DNA of 64,000 nt. It comes from Hemiscyllium ocellatum (lineage: Eukaryota). Location of the stretch: positions 12,585,259 to 12,649,258 of the forward strand of contig NC_083409.1 in assembly GCF_020745735.1 (NCBI RefSeq). The letters run 5' to 3'. The notes beneath the pieces were generated by a model. The model was not told where the DNA came from. It did not search any database and was given only the letters and a program-made list of their open reading frames with translations. Shown piece by piece: positions 35,960 to 48,322 of the stretch. Numbering within the stretch: the first letter of the stretch is position 1; every line of letters begins with the position of its first letter. Both the position numbers and the translations under genes were made by a program.

Positions 35960-37180
35960 AATAGGTAGATTAAGATAGATCAGTACACATCGTCGACATG
36001 GAGTTTAGCAAGGCCTTAGACAAGGTTCCCCGTTGTAGACTGCTTAGTAAGATTATATCACAGAGGATCCAGGTAGAGCTAACCAATTGGATATAAAATG
36101 GGCCTGATGGTAGGAGGCAGAGGCTGGTGAGACAGGGTTGTTCTTCAGACTGGAGGCTAGTGACCAGCCGTCTGCCACAAGAATCGATCCTGGATCCACT
36201 GTTGTTCATCATTTACATGAACAATTTGGATGAGAAAATAGCAGAATGGTTCAGGAAGTTTGTGGCTGACATTAAATTTGTTGGCATCGTTAACAGGCAA
36301 GAAGGTTATCTAAGATTGCAATGTCATCTTCACCAACTGGACCAGTGGGTCAACAAATCCAGATGGAGTTTGATTTCGAGAAATGCAAGGAGTTGCATTT
36401 TGGTAAGACCAACCAGGGCAGGAATTACACAATTAATGGTAGAGCCATGGGGAGTGTTGTTGAACAGAGAGACTGAGGGGTACAGGTGCATAGTTCCTTG
36501 AAAGTGGTGTCACAGGTAGACAGGATGGTGAAGAAGGTATTTGGCACGCTCACCTTCACTGGTCAAAGCAGGGAGTACAGGAGCTGGGACATCATGTTAC
36601 AGCTGTACAAGGCATTGGTAAGGCCACATTTGGACACTGTGTACATTCCTGCTCACCCTGCTATAGGAAGGAAGTTATGACAGTGGTTTGAATAAAAGAA
36701 AGATTAACAGGGATGTTACCAAGGTTGGTGAGTTTGAATTATAAGGCGAGGATGGATAGGCCGAGAGATTTTTCCAGTGAATGCAGGAGATTGAGGGGTG
36801 ACCTTAGAGAGGTTTATAGAATCATTAGGGCCATAGATAAGGTGAATAGCCAAAGTTTTTTTTTCTCCCCAGAGTAGGAGAGTCCAGTATGAGAAGGAAT
36901 AGGTTTAAGTTGAGAGGGGAAAGAATTAGAAGGGGCCTGAGAGACAACCTTTCCACACAGAGGATGGTGTGTATGTGCAATGAACTGCCAGAGGTAGTGG
37001 TAGAGGTCAGTACAATTACTACATTTCAAGGGCATTTTTACAGGAACATGGATAGGAAGGATTTAGAGAGGGTTGGGCCAAACACAGGCAAATGGGACTA
37101 GTACAGTTTTGGAAACTTGGTCGGCATGGATGAGTTGAGCTGAAGGGCCTGCTGCCATGCTGTAAACCTCTATGGCTCTA
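35960..37180 (+). mobile_element. CR1 LINE 3' half
   Basis: ORFs 36127-36501, 36486-36680 and 36889-37101 carry CR1 RT motifs; tail ctctatggctctatga at ~37150-37165. Confidence 0.9.
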
Positions 37181-37869
37181 TGATGATGTAAACATGTGGC
37201 ACCTTCCCATGGACCAATAAACAGTAAACATGGGCCTCCTTCCCACTGGACTGTCCAGTACCTGAGCTGTAACACCACATCCTGTCCATTACGTAGGTCT
37301 CTTATTTCAATCTGCACAACATTGTTTGTCTCTGCATTACCTCAGCCTCTTGACCACAGAAACCCCAATTCCTGCTTATCCCACCTCCTGACTCTATGAT
37401 TTCAATGTCCTCTCCCAGCTTCATGAAGCCACATTCCATAAACCCCAACTTGTCTGATGTGGAGTGGTCCCTTCCCTGTCTTACAACTACAGTTGTTCCA
37501 GAATCTGACCTCACTGCCAGCCAATTGCCTCCATGGCCTCCCTCCTCCCTCAATCTGTGTCCTGCTGTAGACTCACATTCCCTCCCTCCCCATTCCACCT
37601 TCTGTCTCTGGTCTCCTGCCCATTGCTGCTTCCTCCATCCCACCATTGACAGCAGAGCCTTCAGACCCCGAGAGTATCCTCTCTGCCCTCCTGCCATTCA
37701 TCCCTCCCTCTCTCGTCGTTTGTGCTCTTGAATATACTGTTCAGTTTCATCACTTTTGGTTCGCTGTTCCCTTGCCATTGGTTTGCTGATTTATTCTGGT
37801 AAATCTAGACTGGTGTGTTCTCTGAGTTGGTTCAAGAGTGTTTTGCTTGAGAAAACACTTCTGTGAACT

Positions 37870-38690
37870 GGTTTGCCTGTTTCTCCCAGTCTTTGTGTAA
37901 AGGTGAGACTAAGTGTGTAAATGCTGTCATTTCATGGAGCAATCCAGTCAGTCCCACCCCCTCCCCTACTCGACCCCCAGAGCCTTGCAGGTTTATTTCC
38001 ATCAAGAGCCCATCCAATCTGCCATTGCAATAACTGAGTGTCTTCACCTGCCTCACCTGAATGGGCACTAACTTCCAAGTCATTACCAATTGCTGCTAAA
38101 GAAAACATTCTTCCTGACATCCCATATCTTTTGTCCAACAAAATGCAAGGTAATCTCAATGTGAAGATGGGATTTTGTCTCCACACGGACTGTGCAGTTG
38201 TCACCCTTACTGATACTGTCATGGACAGATACACCAACAGCAGGCAGGTTGGTGAGGGTGATAGTGAGTATGTTTTTCCCTCTTATTGGTTCCCTCACCA
38301 CCTGCCCCAGGTCCAGTCGAGCAGCTGAATTAGGTGGAGCGTGACCACCTTGCTCAGCAATGATGCTTCTGAGCAGGTCTTGATGGTGGACTTTGAAACC
38401 CCTTACTCAGAGTATATCCTGCATCATTCCCTCCCTCAGTGCTCCCTCCAAGTGTTGTTCAACATGGAGGAGGACTGACTGCTCAGTTGAGGTTGGAGGG
38501 GAGGGCGGTGCTATGTGGTAATCAGCAGGAGGTTTCCTTCCCCATGTTTGACCTGCTGTCATGAGGCTTCATGGGTTCCATAGTTAATGGTGAGGACTCC
38601 CAGGGCAATCCCTTTCCGACTACACACACCACTGAGTTGCCTCCCCTGCTTGGTCTATCCTGCCAGTTAAAAACTGAATGAAGGAACAAT
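37870..38690 (-). mobile_element. LINE endonuclease-region fragment (CR1/L2 group)
   Basis: ORF 38083-38301 (VREP.RGKNIL....TNLP....SVHDSI...D..TV.VETK), preceded by a GDF.VHH-like motif. Confidence 0.7.
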
Positions 38691-38839
38691 TCTGTGCAGG
38701 TTTCACAGCTTGGAGACAGAGCTGCTGCTGGATTCTGTTTCTGATCGCCGAGTACAGGCGTGTGTGTTTGTGAGAGAGTGACTGTCCTTTTTCCCATCAC
38801 TGTGCTGTTTCTGAAAAGAAAAATCCCAGAACCAGCCTC

Positions 38840-39725
38840 CTGTGCTGTCAGGTTCCAGGGAGTGCAGATGGTTCACAGTTTTCTCCCATCTCAGTAACAA
38901 ACACCCAGCTGCTCCGAGCTCCTTCTTTCACTTCCTCTTTTGGTGAAGTTTCAACCTTGTGCTCTGACAGTCTTTGCAGTTATTTTTTACACTGGGGCTT
39001 TCTGCTGTGGTCAGAACCTCTAATAATAAATGTCCAATCAGTGACAATCACAGCAGCTAAGAGCAGTCAGGACTGAGGAGCCAGGCTCACTGGGAAACAC
39101 ATTGGGAAGATCAAAGCCATCCCCTTCAGATCCTGGTAGAAACTCCTTCCCTCTCCCTGAGCACTATCTGCTGCTCAACCAGACTCTTTACAAACTTGGC
39201 CTCATCTTTGGGGCCGATCTGAGCACCATACCCTCCATCTCACAAAGATCAGCCACTGAAAATCTCTGTCATGTGTATGGAACTCCAAACATGACCATAC
39301 CAATGTTGTGCTTGCACACATCACAGCCACTGCCCTCCGTAACCTTCAGCTCATTCCAAATTCTGCTGCCCATATCCAAACTCACATCAAATCCCATTCC
39401 TCCATTCCCCTGCACCCTGTGCCTACATTGGCTCCTGGTCCAGCAACACCTCGATTTTCAAATTCTCATCCTTGTTCTCAAGTCCCTCCCTGTCCTCCAC
39501 TCTCCCTATCTCTGTAACTTCCTCCAAACTGCCTCACTCAGTGTGGTCAACAATCTTGGATATATGGCTGTCTATTCTTTCATCCAAGTCATTGAGAAAT
39601 ATCGTGAAATGCTGAGGTTCCGGCCCAGTTCCCTGGGGACACCACTATCCACATTTTAGTCATTGGAGAGCACACACATTATCCATCCTCTCTGTCTCCT
39701 AACTCCAAACTAATTCCTGACCAAA
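38840..39725 (-). repeat. Segmental duplicate, inverted copy of 63100-64000 (unique regulatory-like DNA + L2 fragment + CR1 fragment)
   Basis: The reverse complement aligns colinearly with 63100-64000, including the same unique/L2/CR1 junctions. Roughly 80-85% identity by eye. Confidence 0.92.
38925..39041 (-). promoter_or_regulatory. PU.1/IRF composite element (EICE) and CCAAT box, copy 1
   Basis: AAAGAGGAAGTGAAAG on the minus strand (GGAAGTGAAA = 38935-38926) matches GGAAnnGAAA; CCAATCAG at 39034-39041. Confidence 0.55.
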
Positions 39726-40790
39726 GATAAATACTTTTCTCTAACTGGCGAGAATGGGTGAAAGCAGAGGGACATAGTGGAAGGATACTTGTCAGACTGG
39801 AGGCCTGAGTCTAGTGGAGTGCCTCAGGATTGATGCTGGGTTCATTACTGTTTGTTATCAATATCAATGATTTAGAAGACATTCCATTAGCTGGTATTGT
39901 GGACAATGAGGAAGGTTGTCAGATATTGTAACAGGACCTTGATCAGCTGTGGAAGTGGGAAAAGGAATGATAAATTGAGTTTAATGTAGATAAATATGAG
40001 GACTTGCATTTTGGAAAGTTAAATCAAGGTAGGAGTTTCATGGTGAATGGGAAGGCCATAAGGACTGTAGTGGAACAGTGGGATCTCGGAGTTCAGGTGC
40101 ACAGTTCCCTGAAAGTTGAGTCACAGTTAGACAGGGCAGTGAAGAAAGCTTTTGGCACACTGGCCGTCATCAGTCAGGGCACTGGGTGTAGAAGGTGGGA
40201 AGTTATGTTTCAATTGTACATGATGCTGGTGAGGCTGCACGTGGAGTATTGTGTTCAGTTTTGGTCACCTTGTTATATGAAGGATATTATTAAACTGGAA
40301 AGAGTGCAGAATAAATTTACAAGGATGTTGCCAGGTTTCAACATCTGAGTTTTTGGGAGAGGTTGGACAAGCTAGGACATTTTTCTGAAGAGTGTCGGAG
40401 AGTAAAGGGGAATCTTTTAGAAGTGTATAAGATCTTCAGAGACATGGATAGGGTGACTGCACTCAATCTTTGTTCCAGGGTTGGGGAATCAAGGACTAGA
40501 GGGCATCAGTTGAAGGTTAGAATAAACGGGAACCTGAGGGGCAACATTTTTACGCAGAGGGTGGTACTCGTATGGAATGAGCTGCCAGCTGAAGTGATTG
40601 AGGCTGGTACATTAACAACATTTAAAAGGCATTTGGACAAATACATAGATAGTATGTAATTTGAAGGAAATGGGCCAAGTGGAGGGAAATGGGGTTAGTG
40701 TGGGTGGATATTTTGTTCAGCACGGTCCAGTTTGGGCCAAAGGGCCTGTCCCTGTGCTGTAGGACTCGATGACTCTGTGACTCTATAATT
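39725..40790 (+). mobile_element. CR1 LINE 3' portion
   Basis: ORFs 40004-40348 and 40363-40659; tail gactctgtgactctat at ~40770-40787. Confidence 0.9.
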
Positions 40791-40819
40791 CCATATGTTT
40801 CCATGTTTATGAACAGCCT

Positions 40820-42070
40820 CTCAAACATAGAAACAGAGGAACTAGGAGCAGGAGGAGGCCGTTCAGCCCTTCAAGTCAGCTCTGCCAGTCAATATGACCA
40901 TGGCTGATCATCCAACTTAGTCTCCTGTTCCCACTTTTTCTCCATAACCTTTAATCCCTTTCGCCTTCTTGAAAACATTTAATATTTTGGGCTCAATTGC
41001 TTTCTGTGACAAAATATTCCACTAGCTTCCCACTCTCTGGCTAAAGAAATGTCTCCTCATCTCAGTCTGAAATGGCCTTTCCCTTTTCTTTAAAATGTGA
41101 TTCCTGGTTCTGGACTTTCCAGTCATCAGGAACACAATTCCCGTGCTTACCGGTCTTGTCCTGTTAGGATTTTACAGGTTTCAATGTGTTTCCTCTCAAA
41201 TTTCTGAACTCCAGTGAATATAATCCTAACAAATCCAGTTTCTCATCAGATCTAAATGCTGTCCTCCCAGGAATCAGTCTGGTAAACCTTCGCTGCCCTC
41301 CTTCCACAGCCAGAACATCCTTCTTCAGATAAGGAGCCCGAAACTACCCACGACAGAATCATAAAATCACACAAGAGGCCCTTCAGCCCATTAACTGTGT
41401 ACCAGCCAAACTACACTAAACCTACACCAGTCCCACTTTCCAACATGCGGCACATAGCTTGAATGTTCTGATATTTCAACTGCTCACCCAAGTACTTTTT
41501 AAAGTTTGTGAGGTTTCCCACCTCAACTACTTTCCCAGACTGTGTATTCCAGACCACCCACCATCCTCTGGGTCAAAAACACTTTCCTCAAAACATCTTG
41601 AAACCTCCTATCTTTGACATTGAATGTGAACCAACTTGTTATTGACCCTCCCAAGAAGGAGAACAGCTGCTTTCTCTCCTCCCTGTCCATTCCCCTCATC
41701 ACCTTATACACTTCGATCAGGTGCCCCTCCACCTTCTCTGCTCTGAAGAAAACAACCCGAGATGATCCAATTTCTCTTCATCACTGAGAGGTTCCATCCC
41801 ACACAACATCCTGGTGATTCCCCTCTGCACCCCATCCAGTGCAATCACATCTTTCCTACAGTGTGGTGACCTGAACTGCACACAGTGCTCCAGCTGTGGC
41901 CTCACCAATGTTCTGCTTAACTGCAACATCTCCTCCTGCTTTTATAACCGATACCTGACATGACAAAGCCAAGTGTCCCCTATGCCTTCTTAACTGCTCT
42001 GTTAACCTGTCTTGCCACATTCATTGATCAATGGAGAAGCACCCAAGATCACTCTGTTCCTTTGAGCTTC
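40820..42070 (-). mobile_element. Two degenerate CR1 3' fragments
   Basis: 3' UTRs at ~40825 and ~41355; ORFs 41523-41732 and 41717-41929 (RPQLEHCVQF). Confidence 0.8.
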
Positions 42071-42074
42071 CTCA

Positions 42075-45000
42075 GTTCAAAGAACAAAGAGCAATGAAAA
42101 TTATAGCACAAGAACTGGCCCTTTGGCCCTACTAGCCTGCACTGGTCCATATCATCCACTGAAACCTATCGTCAATTTTCCAATGGTCTGTCTCCCTTTG
42201 CTCCCTGCCCATCCATGTTTGTATCTAGATATATCTTAAATGATGTTATTGTGCCTGCCTCTACCACCTCCACTGGCAACATGCTCCAGGATCAATCACC
42301 CTCTGTGTGAAAAACTTTCCATACATATCTCCTTTAAATGTTTCCATTCTCACTTTGAACTCATAACCCAGAGTAATTGAGTCCCCCACTCTGGGAAAAA
42401 GCTTCTTGCTATCCACCCTGTCTATATCTCTCATGATTTTGTAGACCCCAATCAGGTCCCCCCTCAACGTTCGACTTTGTAATGAGAATAATCCTAATCT
42501 ACTAAGCATCTCTTCATAGCTAGCACCCTCCACACCAGGCAATCCTGGTGAACCTCCTCTGCACCCTCTCCAAAGCATCCACATCTTTCTGGTAATGTGG
42601 CAACCAGAACTGTACACAGTATTCCAAATGTGGCCAAGCCAAAGTCTGATATAATTCTAACATGACCTTCCAACTCTTGTACTGAATACCACGTCTGGTG
42701 AAGGAAGGTATGCCATGTACCTTCTTGACCACTCTATCGACCTGTGTTGTCACCTCCAGGGTACAATGGACCTGAACACCTAGGTCTCTCTGGGCATCAA
42801 TTTTCCCCAGGGTGTTCCATTCACCGTACAGTTTACTCCAGATTTGGATCTTCCAAAATTCATCAGATCGCATTTGCCTGATTTGAACTCCATCCGTCCG
42901 TTTCTCTGCCCAACTGTCCAATCTATCTATATTCTGCTACATTCTCTGACAGTCCCCTTCACTATCTGCTACTGCACCAATATTAGTGTCATCTGCAAAC
43001 TTGTGACTCAGACCACCTATACCTTCCTCCAGATCATTTATGTATATCAAAACAAGAGCGGTACCAGCACAGATTCCTGTTCTCCATTCTGAGAAACTCC
43101 TTCCACTACTACTGTCTGTCTCCTGTTGCCCAGCCTGTTCTCTATCCATCTAGTGAGTACACTCTGGACCCCATGCGACTTAAATTTCTTTATCAGGCTG
43201 CCATGGGGAACTTTATCAAACACATTCCTGAAATCCATGTGTATGACATCCACAGCCCTTCCCTCATCAATCAACTTCATCACTTTTTCAAAAGATTCTA
43301 TAAAGTTGGTAAGACATGACATTCCCTGCACAACTTCATGCACCCTATAACTGATAAATCAATTTTCGTCCAAATGTAAATAAATCTTATCCCTCAGTAT
43401 CTTCTCCAGCAGCTTCCCTACCACTACATCAGGCTCACTGGTTCATACCTGGATTATCTTGGCTACCCTTCTTAAACATCAGTAATTCTCCAGTCCTCTG
43501 GGACCTCATCCATGTTCAAGGTTGCTACAAAGATATCGATTAAGGCCCCAGTTATTTCCTCTCTTGCTTCCCTCAGTAAGCTGGGATCGATCCCATCCTG
43601 ACCTGGGGACTTGTGCACCTTGATGCCTTTTAAAATACCCAACATTTCCTCCTTCCTTAAACCGACTTGAACCTGAGTAATCAAACATCTATCCCCAATT
43701 TCAACATCTGTCATTTCCCTCTCCTTGGTGAATACCAACGTAAATCACTCATTAAGAATTTCATCCATTTTCTCTGACTCCACACATAACTTTCCTCCTT
43801 TGTCCTTGAGTGGGCCAACTCTTTCTTTAGTCACTCTCTTGCTCCTTATATATGAATAAAAGGATTTGGGATTTTCCTTAATCCTGTTTGTGAATGATAT
43901 TTTGTGACCCCTTTTAGCCCTTTTAATTCCTCACTTCAGATTGGTCCTACTTTCACGATATTCTTCCAAAGCTTTGTCTGTTTTCAGCTACCTAGACCTT
44001 ATGTATGCATCCCTTCTCCTCTTAGCTAGTCTCACAATTTCATCTGTCATCCAGCGTTTCCTAATCCTGCCATTTCAATCCCTTATTGACATGTCTGTCC
44101 TGACTCTAGTCAACCTCTCTTTAAAAGCCTCCCACATATCAAATTTCAGAACAGAAATGCAGAGACTTTTCTTCAGCCAGAGAGTGGTGGGCCTGTGAAA
44201 TTCATTGCCGCAGAGTGCAGTGGAGGCCGGGACACTAAATGTCTTCAAGGCAGATATTGATAAATTCTTGATGTCACAAGGAATTAAGGGCTATGGGAAG
44301 AATGTGGGTAAGTGGAGTTGAAATGCCCATCAGCCACGATTGAATGGCGGAATGGACTCAATGGGCCGAATGGCCTTACTTCCACTCCTATGTCTTATGG
44401 TTTATGGTCTAAATGTGGATTTCCCTTTAAACAGCTGCTCCCAATCCACATTCCCCAGCTCCTGCCAAATTTTTCTATAGTTGGCCTTCCCCCAGTTTAG
44501 CCGCCTTCCTTTCAGACCGCTCTCGTCTTTGTCCATGAGCATTCTAAAACTTATGGAACTGTGGTCACTGTTACCAAAATAATCCCCTACTGAAATTTCA
44601 ACCACCTGGCCGGGCTCATTCCCCAATACCAGGTCCGGTATGGCCCCTTCCTGAGTTAGACTATTTCCACATTACTCTGTAAAATCCTCCTGGATGCTCC
44701 TTACAAATTCTGCTCCATCTTAACTTCTAACATTAAGTCAATCCCAGTCAATGTTGGGAAAATTAAAATCTTCCATCACCACCACCTTGTTACTCCTACA
44801 TCTTTCCATAATCTGTTTACATATTTGTACCTCTATCTCACGTTCACTGTTAGGAGGCTTGTAGGATAGCACCAACATTGTTACTGCACCCTTCCTGTTT
44901 CTGAGCTCTGCCCATATTGCCCCACTGCTCGAGTCCTCCATAGTGCCCTCCTTCAGCACACCTGTGATATCCTCTCTATCCTCTCTGACCAGTAATGCAA

Positions 45001-47580
45001 CTCCTCCATCCCTTTTACCTCCCTCTCGAACCCATCTGATACATCTGTATCCTGGGATATTTAGTTGCCAATCTTGCCATTCCCTCAACCACGTCTCAGT
45101 AATAGCAATAACATCATACTCCCAGATACTAATCCAAGCCCTAAATTCCTCTGCCTTACCTACTACGCTTCTCACATTAAAACAAATGTGCCTAAGACCA
45201 TTTGTTCCTTTGCGTTCATCATCTGCTCCCTACCTACTCTTAACCTTAGTCACGCTGACTTCAATATCTAGTTCCTGACAGGCTTTAGTTACTCCCTCAT
45301 TATTGCCCACTAACCTCCTCATTTGGTTCCCATCCCTCTGCTAAACTATTTTGAACCCTCCCCAAGAGTGTGATCAAACACATCCCTCAGGACATTGGTT
45401 CCAGTCCTGCCCAGGTGTAGACCACTCGATTTGTAATTGTCCCACCTCCCCAGGAACCAGTCCCAATGTCCCAAAAGTCTGAACCCCTCCCTCCTGCACC
45501 ATCTCTCAAGCCACGCATTCATCCTGCCAATATTTTCATTTCGACTCTGACTAGCACATGGCACTGGGAGCAATCCTGAGATTACTACCTCTGAGATCCT
45601 ACCATAAGACCAAAAGACCATAAGACATAGGAGTGGAAGTAAGGCCATTCAGCCCATCGAGTCCACTCTGCCATTCAATCATGGCGGATGGGCATTTCAA
45701 CTCCACTTACCCGCATTCTCCCCGTAGCCCTTAATTCCTCGAGACAACAAGAATCGATCGATCTCTGCCTTGAAGACATTTAGTGTCCCGGCCTCCACTG
45801 CACTCTGCGGCAATGAATTCCACAGGCCCACCACTCTCTGGCTGAAGAAATGTCTCCGCATTTCTGTTCTGAATTTACCCCCTCTAATTTTAAGGCTGTG
45901 TCCACGGGTCCTAATCTCCTCTCCTAACGGAAACAATTTCCTTGCCTCCACCCTTTCCAAGCCATGTATTATCTTGTATGTCTCTATTAAATCTCCCCTG
46001 AATACAATCCCAGGATCCTCAGCCGTTCCTCATATGTTAGATCTACCATTCAAGGGATCATCCGTGTGAATCTCCACTGGACACGTTCCAGTGCCAGTAT
46101 GTTCTTCCTGAAGTGTGGGGACCAAAACTGGACACAGTACTCCAAATGGGGCTAACCAGAGCTTTATAAAGTCTCAGTAGCACAACGGTGTTTTTATATT
46201 CCAACCCTCTTGAGGTAAGTGACAACATTGCATTCACTTTCTTAATCACGGACTCAACCTGCATATTTACCTTTAGAGAATCCTCGACTAGCAATCCCAG
46301 ATCCCTTTGTACTTTGGCTTTACGAATTTTCTCACCATTTAGAAAGTAGCCTATGCTTTTTTTTGCCAACCTGCAAGACCTCGCATTTGCTCATGTTGAA
46401 TTCCATCAGCCATTTCCTGGACCACTCTCCCAAACTGTCTAGATCCTTCTGTAGCCTCCCCACTTCCTCAGTACTATCTGCCTGTTCACCTAACTTCGTA
46501 TCATCTGCAAACTTCGTTATAATGCCCCCAGTCCCTTCATCCAGATCATTAATATATATAATGCAAACAGCTGTGGCCCCAACACTGAACCCTATGGGAC
46601 ACCGCTTGTCACCGGCTGCCATTCCGAAAAAGAACCTTTTATCCCAACTCTCTGCCTTCTGTCAGACAGCCAATCCTCAATCCATCCCAGTAGCTCACCT
46701 CGAACACCATGAGCCCTCACCTTGCTCAGCAGCCTCTCGTGTGGCACCTTATCAAAGGCCTTTTGGAAGTCTAGATAGACCACATCCACTGGGTTTCCCT
46801 GGTCTAACCTACTTGTCTCCTCTTCAAAGAATTCCAACAGATTTGTCAGGCATGACCTCTGCTTACTGAATCCTCGTTGACTTGTTCTAATCAGACTCTG
46901 CTCTTCTAAGAATTTAGAAACCTCATCCTTAATGATGGATTCTAGAATTTTACCAACAACTGAGGTTAGGCTAATTGGCCTATAATTTTCCATCTTTTGT
47001 CTTGATCCTTTCTTGAACAAGTGGGTTACTACAGCAATATTCCAATCATCCGGGACTTTCCCTGACTCCAGTGACTCTTAAAAGATCTCAACCAATGCCT
47101 CTTCTATTTCCTCAGCCACCTCTCTCAGACCTCTAGGATGTATCCCATCGGGGCCAGGAGATTTATCAATTTTAAGACTTTTTAGCTTTTCTAGCACTAT
47201 CGCTTTTGTAATGGCAACCATACTCAACTCAGACCCCTGACTTCCTTTATTCAGGAATTTTAATATGGTTCCTAACTCCCTAAATTCTGTTTGTAGGACC
47301 TCATTCCATTTATTACCAATATCATTCCTACATGAACCATCACAGCTAGCTGTTCACCTCTGCCTTCAGAATATCCTGCAGCCGATCTGAGACATCCCTG
47401 AGCCGTATAACTGGGAGGCAACATGCTATTCGTGAGTCTCGTTTTTGACCACAGAACCGCCGATCTACTCCCCTTACAAAGTCCAAACAAACCATATCCA
47501 TGGGCCCCCCTTATCAAATCCACTTGCTACATCCTCACACAATTCCAGTCGATTTCCCTTTCGACAATCCATGCTGACTC
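42075..47580 (-). mobile_element. Nested CR1 complex: host CR1 (ORF2 + ORF1 esterase) interrupted by younger CR1 copies at 44145-44410 (+) and 45601-~47250 (-)
   Basis: Host ORFs 42261-43738 (RT), 44738-45175 (endonuclease YDVIAITETWL...GDFN-like) and 45346-45648/47272-47523 (esterase). Inserts end in (tcttatgg)n tails, and host sequence resumes across both junctions. Confidence 0.85.
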
Positions 47581-48322
47581 TGTCCAGTTCTGTCACTGTT
47601 TACAAAGTGCTAAGCTATAAAATATTTTATAATGAACTTGGGCATTTTCTCCACTGCTGATTTCTGGCTAATTGGTCTAAAATTTCTTATTTTCCCTCTC
47701 TCTCTCTCTCTCTTTCAATAATTTGTTAAATTAACTCCCTCCACTCTGTAGGATCTATTCCACAGTTGAGAAACAGATAACCATCAATGTTTCTAATATT
47801 TTACAACCACTTCCTGAAGCACTCCTGAAAATAGATTATTTGGCCCTGCTGATTTAACACACTTTAGTTTTCCCAGAACCATTTTCCGCCAACAACTGAC
47901 TTCCTTCCGCTCCTTCCTCTGATAAAACTCCAAGTTCACCAACATGTCTGAGATTTATTTGAGAATTCATTTGAGCAGAAAGATCCAGAATATGTTTATC
48001 TGTCATCTCTTTGTTCCAACTATAACATTATAACACTTGTGTGGAACTTCCTTGAATGTCATCTGGACGTCCATATAAACAACACATTCCCTTATGTCAC
48101 ACATTAGTGACCTCGTTAAAACATGTAACCAGGTTAATTAAAGATATCTGACCCTTTTTAAATCCATGCTGACTTACTCTGATCTGCTCATATTTGTCAG
48201 ACATTCTGTCTCTAAAACCAGATTCAACTACTTCCCAACAATAGACATTCAATAGAGATGTTCATTGTGAGTGAGGTGAGTAAACAGTGAGCACTGACAT
48301 GATGGGCTGAACAGCCTCCTCC

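Noticed and set aside
38798-38804. CACAGTG heptamer in the duplicated-block flank
   Set aside because: No nonamer at 12 or 23 nt spacing, so not an RSS.
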